Positions 1-8,769 of a stretch of DNA of 32,000 nt are shown here, one piece after another. Each line of letters opens with the position of its first letter. Positions within the stretch are counted from its first letter, which is position 1. The notes beneath the pieces were generated by a model, which saw only the letters and a list, made by a program, of their open reading frames with translations, did not search any database and was not told the DNA's origin. Both the position numbers and the translations under genes were made by a program. Source of the stretch: Erysipelotrichaceae bacterium (lineage in GTDB: Bacteria; Bacillota_I; Bacilli_A; Erysipelotrichales; Coprobacillaceae); contig JAQVDW010000007.1 in the NCBI GenBank assembly GCA_028698185.1, positions 1 through 32,000 on the forward strand, in the 5' to 3' direction.

Positions 1-402
1 AGTTCAAAGTATCCATCATAATTACCTCGCAATCGTTAGTAGTATATGGATACAATTTTAGGTCATTTTCACAATAACCACAATAGGCTATTTACCTGCT
101 TACCCATAGTAAACAGCGAAAGGCCAAAAATAATTACATCTTTTAGATATTTATTACCAAAACAAATGACAAACACACTTTTTATTTACACATACCGGAC
201 ATATTATAACATATTTTACATTTTTATATTTACTTCCTTAATTTAATATACAATATTTTCTCTCCTTGATGCTTTTCGTTTTTGCATACGGTTGGTAACA
301 ATCAATATTTTTCCATTCACACAAAAACTGGTTATGGAAATAGAGAAGCACTGTGCAACAGAAAAAACACAATTCTCAGCCGAAAATTGCGTTATCTAGT
401 GG

Positions 403-433
403 TAAAAAAGTTCGCCGTATAAGCGATATGGCG
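403..433 (-). terminator. Candidate rho-independent terminator downstream of the 577-1206 membrane-protein gene
   Basis: The minus strand reads CGCCATAT-CGCTT-ATACGGCG, an 8-bp stem with 1 mismatch, followed by AACTTTTTTACC. It lies about 150 nt after the stop of the upstream minus-strand ORF. Confidence 0.45.
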
Positions 434-576
434 TCATTTTATATTATCCGCGTCTAAACGCTCTATCGTATATTCAAAAATGGCACGCATCACCGAAACT
501 TTTGACATTCAGGCTATTCAACTTACAATTACCACTAAGATTGTAATTAAAATCGTTTCCTTTACCTAAAAGTTAA

Positions 577-1206
577 TTATTTATCCGAAATCAATATTGG
601 GTTCTTTATTGCCCTCAACTCCAATAAAAGAAGCAAAACCATCAGAGCTGCAATTAGAAGCACGGTAGCGTAATATAAGACTAGCGGATATGAAGTAATT
701 CCAACGTAGTACGCAACATAAAACTTTCTCAATAGAACAATATAATCCGGCCCAATCTCGAAACTTGCAAAGTGCACAGAGAAGATAAAACCACTTAATA
801 ACAAATAGACCCAATCGAGAATGCTCCGATAGCCTCTTTGTTTGACCATAAAATAAATCTCGATAAAGAAGAATGCGGCTATCGAGAAAAATTTGCTGAT
901 CAAGATAACCTGCGGCAATATCGAAACCGGATTGACGCCATCGTATATTGCCTGAAACCAAATATTATATAATAGCGTAGTGTCCTTAGACTCAATTAGA
1001 TCCTTGGTAATTTGTGGGGTTATTGAATTTCTAGTCATAATAGTGGAAACAAAACACAATCCTAAAAACAGAATCAGTAAACCGACTTGTATTTTTTTCA
1101 GTTTAATCTTCCTAATCCCCTTACCCCTCCAATATATAGCCATATTGTACCATAAAACACTCACGATAATCAAATTGGACTTAATCAATTTTTTAATGTT
1201 CAACAT
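577..1206 (-). CDS. Hypothetical polytopic membrane protein (209 aa)
   Basis: A 209-codon ORF lies in roughly 25-30% GC DNA, where stop codons are frequent. There are at least 5 long hydrophobic stretches, for example VGLLILFLGLCFVSTIM and VLLIAALMVLLLLL. I recognise no family, and there is no clear Shine-Dalgarno before the ATG at 1206, so the start is uncertain. Confidence 0.55.
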   Translation of the reverse strand: MLNIKKLIKSNLIIVSVLWYNMAIYWRGKGIRKIKLKKIQVGLLILFLGLCFVSTIMTRNSITPQITKDLIESKDTTLLYNIWFQAIYDGVNPVSILPQVILISKFFSIAAFFFIEIYFMVKQRGYRSILDWVYLLLSGFIFSVHFASFEIGPDYIVLLRKFYVAYYVGITSYPLVLYYATVLLIAALMVLLLLLELRAIKNPILISDK

Positions 1207-1443
1207 CCAGATACTTAATTCTTATACAAATCTAAACTCATCCAATTGATTATCGTTTTTTACGCCCCGATATCCATTTTAGAATTATTAGTATGCACAA
1301 ATGCTCAAATCTCATTCTTGGCAATAGAAGCCGATTGTGTAGTGTATGTCTTTAAAAGAATACAGATATATTCAAAGTCTGGTCTTGACGTTATTTTGAC
1401 TTAAGATAAATTAGAACTTTTTTCTATGGTAGTCATCAAACCA

Positions 1444-2103
1444 TTATCGCTGTTTATCCTTGAGTTGCCGTTTTAAATGGGTACCATCACAAAATGGCTC
1501 GTTTTTGCTTCTGCCACAGCAGCAAAGGCAATAATGCTCCTTCGCCACAGGTTGCCGTTGATCAATCAGTTCCACCGAACCTTGGACAACATAGGGACCG
1601 TGTTTGACTACCTTGATCGATGGTTCATCGCAAAAATTGTCAAAGTTCTCGCCATTGACGGTATAACTTAAGGCTCCCGAATGGCATTTCTTTATAGTGG
1701 CAATTATTCTTTCGACCGTATCTCCATCCGGATTTATCCAGGGGCACTTATTCATGTCAAATACGGTCGGCAATTCCAGATAACATGTTCCTGGGTGGGA
1801 ACAAATTCTCCGATTGTCATGGATTGTTATTTCTTTGCCTATATAGGATTTGAATCTGCCATCTCGTACTTTTATCCGGTAATCTTTGAACCCGCTCATG
1901 ACATGGGTGCCATCGCATAACGGCTTGCTTTTGCTGTTGCCGCATCGACACAGGATCGTCGGGGATTTTACCTGGATTGTGGTACCGGAACTGTCGATTA
2001 ATTCAGTGAGCCCTTTGACTATAAAGGGGCCGTTGATTATGGTTTTGATTGCTGGCTTTTCACCCATCACGTTCACCGCCTTTTGAATTGATTTTGATTC
2101 CAA
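1444..2103 (-). CDS. Iron-sulfur protein with two CDGSH-type 2Fe-2S motifs flanking a divergent 4Fe-4S mono-cluster-like domain
   Basis: There are two CDGSH signatures: CRCGNSKSKPLCDGTH and CCCGRSKNEPFCDGTH. The central segment ICSHPGTC...PWINPDG...KKCHSGAL resembles the ferredoxin-like mono-cluster domain often fused to CDGSH. Confidence 0.85.
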   Translation of the reverse strand: MESKSIQKAVNVMGEKPAIKTIINGPFIVKGLTELIDSSGTTIQVKSPTILCRCGNSKSKPLCDGTHVMSGFKDYRIKVRDGRFKSYIGKEITIHDNRRICSHPGTCYLELPTVFDMNKCPWINPDGDTVERIIATIKKCHSGALSYTVNGENFDNFCDEPSIKVVKHGPYVVQGSVELIDQRQPVAKEHYCLCCCGRSKNEPFCDGTHLKRQLKDKQR

Positions 2104-2300
2104 TAAGTACCTTTTTTACAGTCAAATTGAATCATGTTATTTTAACCCATTACTAAAGTATTGAAATTCTTGGTAATCGAGCCGACTTGATGTCTAGTGC
2201 ATCCGACAAGATCGCGATGTCCCCACTCTTTGATGCTGCTAGGTTTATTGCCATCCTTACAGCCACCTTTATGACATAGCTTGTAGTTTACAATAACTAA

Positions 2301-3617
2301 CTAAAAATACGCATTCAATATTTCCTGGATATTGTACCCGTCGCTTAACAAAACGTACAAAATCACATTTCCTTTTTTCATCAGGTAGCGATCACCTATA
2401 TAATAGCCAGATTCTATTTTATCGGATTCAACACTTGTCATTGATACAATTGCAACTTCATAAGATTTGTATTCAACGTCGCGGTAAGGATCAAATGCTT
2501 CAATCCTGGCGTCAAGTTCTTCTACCGTCGGAATCCTGCTGTCATGCTCTATTTCTTCAATTTGGTATTCGAATATTGCATTAGCGATATAATCATTTTT
2601 GCAATCATATAACCGTTCAACGTAACTATAATCGTAGAATTCGCCAAAATCCTGTCCCTGGGCACTGCCATAATATTCAAACTCATCATAGAATATCGTT
2701 TCATAGTAATTTGCATCATTTGTGAAAGCTTTTTGAACACTTAGCGATGTGACTGCAAAATCTTTGCCAGGTGATTCCAAAGGGTAAACATTGGCGATTG
2801 CCAGCATCAAAATGATGAACATCATCCAGGAAATCATGTATTTTTTTCTATTCTTGATGTTTGAAGTGATAAATATTTTTTTGCTGTAGGTCCGCCCAAA
2901 TAGGAGATTGAATATCAATAATATGAATATTATCAGTAAACGCAGTGGTTCCACCGATAATACAGCGGAAATAAGTACCGGAACAAACAAGATTAGCGCG
3001 GAAACTCTAAAGAAATAATAGAGGTATTTAATCATGTAAAAAAATATTGTCGGAGTTTCCAGTCCTTCCGCTTCGCGGGAATACCTGATCCGGGTGAAAA
3101 TCTTGGCCCCGCCACTCAACAACATCGACATCCCCAAACAATTCATCAAAAGAAACATCACCAGGAATTCCTTATACAGTATTGCACCGCCAAGATCATA
3201 CCGCACAGCATTCATGGTTATCCCGAATGGATCCGAGATGATAATCAACAGAAGCCCTATTAATATCGTCATCACAATCGACGGGGTATTATACAATTCC
3301 TTTAACGCGACAGCTTTGGCCACGGGATCACTTTGAAGTGCCTCAGCGCTATCATCCTCGCTATACCAGAAAGAAAAGCTCTCAAAATTGTCAATATATG
3401 CATACCCGAATTTAGAGGTCAGATCGACGTAATCTTCATACGCCGGATTATAATCAACAAAAAATTTCAATTTCCTTGGTTGGGATTTTTTGAATTTGAA
3501 AAAGAATAATCCCGCTTTATCGAGCATCCACCCCTTTGAAGCTTCTTTCTCAAACATCTCTGTCCAATTGTCTTCATCGAACATATTGTAATTTATCAGC
3601 TTATATTTCGTTTTCAT
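2301..3617 (-). CDS. DUF2812-family membrane protein, the usual partner of PadR regulators
   Basis: The N-terminus MKTKYKLINYNMFDEDNWTEMFEKEASKGWMLDK...FKFKK is typical of DUF2812 and is followed by several TM helices. I prefer the start at ATG 3617, which has GAGGGGG 9 nt upstream, over the ORF-track start at 3635. The gene overlaps the padR stop by 17 nt. Confidence 0.8.
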   Translation of the reverse strand: MKTKYKLINYNMFDEDNWTEMFEKEASKGWMLDKAGLFFFKFKKSQPRKLKFFVDYNPAYEDYVDLTSKFGYAYIDNFESFSFWYSEDDSAEALQSDPVAKAVALKELYNTPSIVMTILIGLLLIIISDPFGITMNAVRYDLGGAILYKEFLVMFLLMNCLGMSMLLSGGAKIFTRIRYSREAEGLETPTIFFYMIKYLYYFFRVSALILFVPVLISAVLSVEPLRLLIIFILLIFNLLFGRTYSKKIFITSNIKNRKKYMISWMMFIILMLAIANVYPLESPGKDFAVTSLSVQKAFTNDANYYETIFYDEFEYYGSAQGQDFGEFYDYSYVERLYDCKNDYIANAIFEYQIEEIEHDSRIPTVEELDARIEAFDPYRDVEYKSYEVAIVSMTSVESDKIESGYYIGDRYLMKKGNVILYVLLSDGYNIQEILNAYF

Positions 3618-3924
3618 TGCCGTACACCCCCTCATAGTGCATCACCATCATCTGCAACTTTTCAGTTTCTTTCCTTAGTTTGTTTTTCCCCTTGTTCGTA
3701 ATAACGTATATCTTTTTCCGGTCCACCTCGTCAACCAGCTCAATAAATCCATCGCTTTGAAATCTTGATAACAATGTATATAGCGTTCCTGCGCCTACCC
3801 TGATATTGTCTCCGGTCACTTTCGAAATTTCATTCATGATGTCATAACCGTGGCGCGGGCGATCGAGTACCAGCAAAATATAAAACATCTGTGGTGTCAA
3901 AGTATCAAATTCTATCCTCGCCAT
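3601..3924 (-). CDS. PadR-family transcriptional regulator
   Basis: The 107-aa protein has the winged-helix signature YILLVLDRPRHGYDIMNEISKVTGDNIRVGAGTLYTLLSRFQSDGFIE. An RBS AAGGAGG precedes the ATG. Confidence 0.9.
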   Translation of the reverse strand: MARIEFDTLTPQMFYILLVLDRPRHGYDIMNEISKVTGDNIRVGAGTLYTLLSRFQSDGFIELVDEVDRKKIYVITNKGKNKLRKETEKLQMMVMHYEGVYGNENEI

Positions 3925-3940
3925 AATCCCGCCTCCTTAT

Positions 3941-3994
3941 ATTGATTATCGATATACCTAAGTTCATTATACTCTTTTTATATCGATAATCAAT
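3941..3994 (-). promoter_or_regulatory. padR promoter bracketed by a perfect 16-bp inverted repeat (candidate PadR operators)
   Basis: ATTGATTATCGATATA (3941-3956) and TATATCGATAATCAAT (3979-3994) are exact reverse complements. Each arm contains the self-palindrome TATCGATA. On the minus strand the distal arm carries a -35-like TTGATT (3988-3993). A 16-nt spacer follows, then a perfect TATAAT (3966-3971). The proximal arm sits between the -10 box and the RBS. Confidence 0.6.
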
Positions 3995-4156
3995 ACATTT
4001 TGGTGAACACAAATATCATTTCTAATTCATCAAGTTTATTTACCCTGGTAATCTCCTGTTATTCGCTACAGCGGCGCCACATCTTTGCGATACGTTTAGC
4101 TCCACATTCAAATCAAACATTATCCGATTTTCTCTTTCACCTCACAAAATCAGAGC

Positions 4157-4188
4157 AAATAAAAAGCTCAATCATCAATCGATGATTG
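4157..4188 (-). terminator. Rho-independent terminator after the XRE/membrane regulator gene
   Basis: The minus strand reads CAATCATC-GATT-GATGATTG, a perfect 8-bp stem, followed by AGCTTTTTATTTG. A second perfect 9-bp hairpin (GGGAAAATC/GATTTTCCC, 4203-4234) lies just upstream of it but has no U-tract. Confidence 0.55.
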
Positions 4189-4242
4189 CGCCATAATACA
4201 ATGGGAAAATCGATAAAACGTAGCTGATTTTCCCGGTGAAAT

Positions 4243-4995
4243 TTATTTTTTATAAGTCGTCAGTGCAATATTTTTATGTTCCTTTGTATTATTGCCTGTC
4301 AACATAAGTCCACCACCAACTATTGAAAACAATGGTGAATAGGAAGAGGCAAAGAGTAATAGCCGCTGTGCTATCCGATTCCACGTCGCCCCCAGGTCGA
4401 GACTACTGCCATAAGGACCGAAATCTCTACTTGAAATATACGACATCAAAAATGTGAATGTTGCTTTGAACAGGTCAAGCCAAAACGGCAATAGTATTAT
4501 CGAATATATTATCAACGCCAAAATAATCAGGTGGCGAGTTTTTCTGATGTGGGTCCATCTTATCTTTTTCCCGCCAATCAATGTATAGAATATCTTCATG
4601 ATTGTAAAACCTGCAAATATGAAAACAGCCGGCCACATCAGGGAATCGATAAGCAGCAATGGCCCCACTATAAAGAACTTCATCGCCAAGTCCGTAGCAG
4701 CTAAATCAAGAGAGTATGCCACACCTATCGTCAACAAACAGATTCCAGCCTGGAAAAGCAGAAAAATCCGCTCTCGCTTTTTGTCCTCAACCACAGGAGG
4801 GCCATATATCAATTCGTTGACATCAGTGTTGAATATCTCACCTATCCTAATAATCATCTCAATGTCGGGGGTGGTTTTCCCTGTTTCGTAATTCGATATT
4901 GTTTGGCGGCTTACAAATAGTTTTTCCGCAAGATTGTCTTGTGACATTTCATTCGATATGCGGAGCCTCTTGATATTTTTTCCTATTTTAGCCAT
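4243..4995 (-). CDS. XRE (Cro/C1)-type HTH transcriptional regulator fused to a multi-pass membrane domain
   Basis: The N-terminus IKRLRISNEMSQDNLAEKLFVSRQTISNYETGKTTPDIEMIIRIGEIFNTDVNELI is a classic HTH_3. The C-terminal roughly 170 aa contain about 5 hydrophobic helices. An RBS AAGGAAGTG precedes the ATG. Confidence 0.85.
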   Translation of the reverse strand: MAKIGKNIKRLRISNEMSQDNLAEKLFVSRQTISNYETGKTTPDIEMIIRIGEIFNTDVNELIYGPPVVEDKKRERIFLLFQAGICLLTIGVAYSLDLAATDLAMKFFIVGPLLLIDSLMWPAVFIFAGFTIMKIFYTLIGGKKIRWTHIRKTRHLIILALIIYSIILLPFWLDLFKATFTFLMSYISSRDFGPYGSSLDLGATWNRIAQRLLLFASSYSPLFSIVGGGLMLTGNNTKEHKNIALTTYKK

Positions 4996-5107
4996 AATGC
5001 AATCACTTCCTTTGTTACATCATAACTCATCTGGATGAATTATGTCACGCAAAGATTCTTTGCATCATCAATTAGCGGCGTTTTCCCACTAGAAACATCG
5101 TTATGAT

Positions 5108-5827
5108 TTAGACGTTCTTATCCCTTCTCGCGAATTCCCTGAATTTGAACCGGTCAGGCCGGTGGCGGGATATTGTGTATTGGAACAAAGAAGCATCATC
5201 CAGATATGTATATGACTCAACTACCGCCATCATATCGAATCCTCTTAGATCTATGAACATCTTATCTAGATTATTGATTGTTTGAACCGATATCTCTTTC
5301 TTTGCGAAACTTATTTTCAGGCCAAGTTCGTTTTCAATATAATCGTAAATCGAATCCTTAGCGATTTCCTTAGTCAATCCCGGAACGATACCTGCGTTGA
5401 TGACGTCAATATCCAGAATTATAGCCTCCCCATCAACCTTGCGGACTCGCTCAATATAATATATCTTGTCTCCAAGATTTATGTTCAACTTACCAGATAA
5501 ATTTTTGTCGGCGTTCATAATCTCAAAACAGACCACTTCTGTCGAAACGTCTCCTGAAATTGATTGCGAAATCTCCTTGAAACTTGTAATTCCTGAAATT
5601 GGAAATTCAAACTGGTGAATGTCAATTACAATTGAGCCTTTACCTTTTGTTTTTTGGATGTAACCGGCTTGTTTCAACATGACAAGTGATTTCCTGATCG
5701 TGTCGCGTGACGCATCGTAAATTGACATCAATTCTTTCTCACTTGGCAGATAATCCCCGGGCATAATTTCTTTCGATTCTATTTTGCTTGCCAATTGCTC
5801 ATATATCGATACATACTTGCTTTTCAT
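5108..5827 (-). CDS. treR: Trehalose operon repressor (GntR/HutC family, UTRA effector domain)
   Basis: The GntR HTH is YLPSEKELMSIYDASRDTIRKSLVMLKQAGYIQKTKGKGSIV, with a HutC/UTRA-like C-terminal half. The gene lies immediately downstream of treP-treC. I prefer the start at ATG 5827, with GGAGG 8 nt upstream. The ORF-track start at 5836 is a GTG inside that RBS. Confidence 0.85.
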   Translation of the reverse strand: MKSKYVSIYEQLASKIESKEIMPGDYLPSEKELMSIYDASRDTIRKSLVMLKQAGYIQKTKGKGSIVIDIHQFEFPISGITSFKEISQSISGDVSTEVVCFEIMNADKNLSGKLNINLGDKIYYIERVRKVDGEAIILDIDVINAGIVPGLTKEIAKDSIYDYIENELGLKISFAKKEISVQTINNLDKMFIDLRGFDMMAVVESYTYLDDASLFQYTISRHRPDRFKFREFARRDKNV

Positions 5828-5875
5828 AAAAATCACCTCCAGTCAATTTTACCATACCTTTTGTTTGGATAATAT

Positions 5876-5901
5876 AAAAATCATGGTTACCCATGATTTT
5901 T
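5876..5901 (-). terminator. Hairpin overlapping the treC stop codon (possible partial terminator or attenuator between treC and treR)
   Basis: The minus strand reads AAAATCATGG-GTAA-CCATGATTTT, a perfect 10-bp stem whose loop contains the TAA stop of treC. It is followed by TATATTATCC. The U-tract is partly inside the stem, so termination is probably leaky. Confidence 0.4.
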
Positions 5902-7527
5902 TAACAATACAACTGTTTCAAATTCCTGCATGGTATGATCCTGCAAGACACTGCTTGATGCATAATTTCCCAGAATAATCCTGTAATCCGTCAAATCAAT
6001 GTCAACGACGGACTTTTCCCCATAGAAATTACACAATACAATCAATTCGCCTTGGGAGTCGCATCTCTTGTAAGCATAGACCGAATCATGATTTTCCAGC
6101 AATGGCTGGTAGCTGCCATTTTGAATGAGATCCGATTTCTTCCTTAAGGCAATCAACTTGCGGTAATAATGATAAATGGAATCACCACTGTTAATTGCAG
6201 TTTCTTGGTTTACTGACTTATAGTTTTTATTGATTTCTAGCCACGGCTTAACCCTACTAAATCCGGAATTCAACCCATCGTCCCACTGCATCGGGCTTCT
6301 TCCGTTATCACGAGATTTGGCCTGCAGTATTTCAATTATCTTATTTTCTTTAATCCCCTGGCGCTTCATTATTTCATAATAATTCAACGATTCAACATCT
6401 CTGTACTGTTCAATGGTTTCAAAGTAATTGTTTGTCATCCCGATCTCTTCGCCATAATAGATATATGGTGTTCCGCGCTGTAAGTGAATCGAGGTTGCCA
6501 GCATGGTTGCCGACTCGTAGGGGTAATTTTTATCATCTCCAAACCTCGAGATAGCCCGGGGTTGGTCGTGACAGTTATAGAAAAGTGCCGACCAGCCATT
6601 ATTTTCTTGCATTCCGGTTTGCCAACTATGAAACAGTTGTTTAAGTTCATGAAAATCGAATTGTGCCAGGGTCCACTTTTCATTGTTTTGATAATCAACC
6701 TTGAGGTGATGGAAATTGAATGTCGTCCCAAGTATTTTATTTTCAGGATTGGTGTAATATGTACATTTTTCAATACTTGTCGCTGACATTTCCCCGACGG
6801 TCATAATATCATCATAACGGTTAAATGAACGTTCTCCAAGTTCATGAAGATACGGCCCAACATTTATGCCATCCGTATAGAAGCGCTTCCCCACCCCTTC
6901 AAAGTCGTCTTCAAAGCTGTCTTTACTGATGAGATTGATCACATCAAACCTGAATCCCTTAACCCCTTTGTCAATCCAGAAGTTGACAATATTTGCCATT
7001 TCTTTTCTCACATCCGGATTGTCCCAGTTCAAATCTGCTTGGGTCTTGTCAAATAAATGGAGATAATATTCATCAAATTCTTCGACATATTCCCAGCAGC
7101 TTCCACCATACTTTGACTCCCAATTCGTTGGCGGATTGGCGCCCTCACCTTTTTTGAAGAAGTAAAAATCTTTGTAATATTGATCGCCGGACAACGCCTT
7201 TTTGAACCATTCATGTTCAGTTGATGTATGGTTCAGTACCATATCGAACATCAGCCCGATCCCGTATCCACTGGCCTTTGCGATCAATTCTTCAACATCT
7301 TTCATTGTCCCGAACGTCTTGTCGATCTCATAATAATCCGCAATATCGTACCCATTGTCGTTTTGGGGTGAAACGAAGAAAGGATTCAGCCAGATCAGAT
7401 CGATCCCATGTCCGCTAAGGTATTCTAGTTTCATGGTGATTCCCTTGATGTCTCCGATACCATCATCATTGCTGTCATAGAATGATTTTGGATAAATTTG
7501 ATATACTACTTTGTCTCCTAATTCCAT
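5887..7527 (-). CDS. treC: Alpha,alpha-phosphotrehalase (trehalose-6-phosphate hydrolase, GH13)
   Basis: GH13 oligo-1,6-glucosidase-like motifs are present: VYQIYPKSFYDSNDDGIGDIKGI, DLIWLNPFFVSPQNDNGYD, GFRFDVINLISK, VGEM and YNCHDQPR. The gene sits between the PTS trehalose gene and treR. Confidence 0.9.
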   Translation of the reverse strand: MELGDKVVYQIYPKSFYDSNDDGIGDIKGITMKLEYLSGHGIDLIWLNPFFVSPQNDNGYDIADYYEIDKTFGTMKDVEELIAKASGYGIGLMFDMVLNHTSTEHEWFKKALSGDQYYKDFYFFKKGEGANPPTNWESKYGGSCWEYVEEFDEYYLHLFDKTQADLNWDNPDVRKEMANIVNFWIDKGVKGFRFDVINLISKDSFEDDFEGVGKRFYTDGINVGPYLHELGERSFNRYDDIMTVGEMSATSIEKCTYYTNPENKILGTTFNFHHLKVDYQNNEKWTLAQFDFHELKQLFHSWQTGMQENNGWSALFYNCHDQPRAISRFGDDKNYPYESATMLATSIHLQRGTPYIYYGEEIGMTNNYFETIEQYRDVESLNYYEIMKRQGIKENKIIEILQAKSRDNGRSPMQWDDGLNSGFSRVKPWLEINKNYKSVNQETAINSGDSIYHYYRKLIALRKKSDLIQNGSYQPLLENHDSVYAYKRCDSQGELIVLCNFYGEKSVVDIDLTDYRIILGNYASSSVLQDHTMQEFETVVLLKNHG

Positions 7528-7536
7528 CTTGTACCT

Positions 7537-8769
7537 CTATTCGAATTCTATAATATCTTTTTCTCCAATTTTGACATCTTGATTAACTTTTAGGAGCTTT
7601 ACTTTATCTCCACTTGTTAAAATCACCGGAGAAATCAACGACTTACCTTGTGATTTGACATATTCAAGATCCACCTCCACAATCGGATCACCCTGTGTGA
7701 TCATGTCTCCGGCTCTTAAAGTTGATTCAAAACCTTTTCCGCCCAATTCGACGGTATCCATCCCGATATGAAGCAGAATTTCTTTGTTGTCATGAGTTCT
7801 TATTCCAAATGCGTGCTTGGTGGGATATGCCATCATCACTTCGCCACTCACCGGTGAAATAACGGTTTTCCCTGTCAGCTCAACCGCAAAGCCATCGCCC
7901 ATGGCTTTTGAAGCAAAAACCTTATCCGGCACATCTTCAATACTTATTATTTTGCCGGTCATCGAAGAAACAAATCCCTCTGCTGCAGTTTCATCTAATG
8001 ATTCTTTTCTATTAGCTTCTTTACCATGTATGTCGGCGTATGATAATTTTTTCTTCCCCACAATAGTGGTGATTACAAATGGTACGACAATCGCGATAAG
8101 CATAGCGACTGCAAAACTCAACATATATCGCGTATTTATCGATAGGATGCCCGGCAGTCCGCCAACCCCGATAGAATTTGCCATAACGCCACTACCAACC
8201 GAAAATGTCGCGGCGCACGCGCTACCCACCATTCCCACAAAGAAGGGGAAACCATATTTTATATTCACCCCGAACATAGCCGGTTCAGTGACTCCCAGAT
8301 ACGCGGATATCATCGAAGGTATCGATACTTGCTTGGCTTTCTCATTATTTTTTTGCAGGAATACCATGGCTAGGACTGCCGAGCCTTGGGCGATGTTCGA
8401 CAAGGCAATCATCGGCCATAAAATTGTCCCACTAAAATCACTGATCAGTTGAAGATCAATCGCATTTGTCATATGGTGCAGTCCGGTGATAACCAATGGG
8501 GCATATAAAAATCCAAATACTGTTGCAAAAAGCCATCCGAATGACGATGTCAAACCGCCATAGACTACAGCCGAAATGAAAGCACCGATTTTCCACCCGA
8601 TTGGTCCGACAACCGTATGGGCAATGATAACTGCCGGAACTAAAGAAAGGAATGGGACAATAATCATACTTATCGCTTCAGGACTGTGTTTACGCCAAAA
8701 TCTTTCCAGATAAACTAGCACAAACCCCGCTAAAATCGCCGGGATAACCTGCGCCTGATATCCAATCAT
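7537..8769 (-). CDS. treP: PTS trehalose transporter, C-terminal fragment (distal EIIC plus EIIA-Glc domain). It is in frame with 8770-9450 and separated from it only by a TAG.
   Basis: EIIC motifs are GYQAQVIPAILAGF, ITGLHHM and LSNIAQGSA. The C-terminal EIIA-Glc domain has HAFGIRTHDNKEILLHIGMDTV. The ATG at 8767-8769 directly abuts the TAG at 8770-8772, and no Shine-Dalgarno lies upstream. Confidence 0.8.
   Translation of the reverse strand: MIGYQAQVIPAILAGFVLVYLERFWRKHSPEAISMIIVPFLSLVPAVIIAHTVVGPIGWKIGAFISAVVYGGLTSSFGWLFATVFGFLYAPLVITGLHHMTNAIDLQLISDFSGTILWPMIALSNIAQGSAVLAMVFLQKNNEKAKQVSIPSMISAYLGVTEPAMFGVNIKYGFPFFVGMVGSACAATFSVGSGVMANSIGVGGLPGILSINTRYMLSFAVAMLIAIVVPFVITTIVGKKKLSYADIHGKEANRKESLDETAAEGFVSSMTGKIISIEDVPDKVFASKAMGDGFAVELTGKTVISPVSGEVMMAYPTKHAFGIRTHDNKEILLHIGMDTVELGGKGFESTLRAGDMITQGDPIVEVDLEYVKSQGKSLISPVILTSGDKVKLLKVNQDVKIGEKDIIEFE

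Noticed and set aside
46-246. 66-aa plus-strand ORF (MDTILGHFHNNHNRLF...) in the AT-rich region at the left edge.
   Set aside because: There is no Shine-Dalgarno, and the protein has a low-complexity Y/I/F/N-rich tail. It sits in what looks like the leader or promoter region of a minus-strand gene. I have no support for it as a real gene.
581-961. 126-aa minus-strand ORF overlapping the 577-1206 membrane-protein ORF in another frame.
   Set aside because: It is entirely nested in the longer ORF, which has coherent transmembrane-helix periodicity. The nested frame is Arg/Cys/Ser-rich with no start signals.
2160-2262. A 33-codon minus-strand ORF (MAINLAASKSGDIAILSDALDIKSARLPRISIL) between the DUF2812 and CDGSH genes.
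   Set aside because: The only purine-rich stretch (AAGG) directly abuts the ATG with no spacing. The ORF is short, has no recognisable features, and conservation cannot be assessed here.
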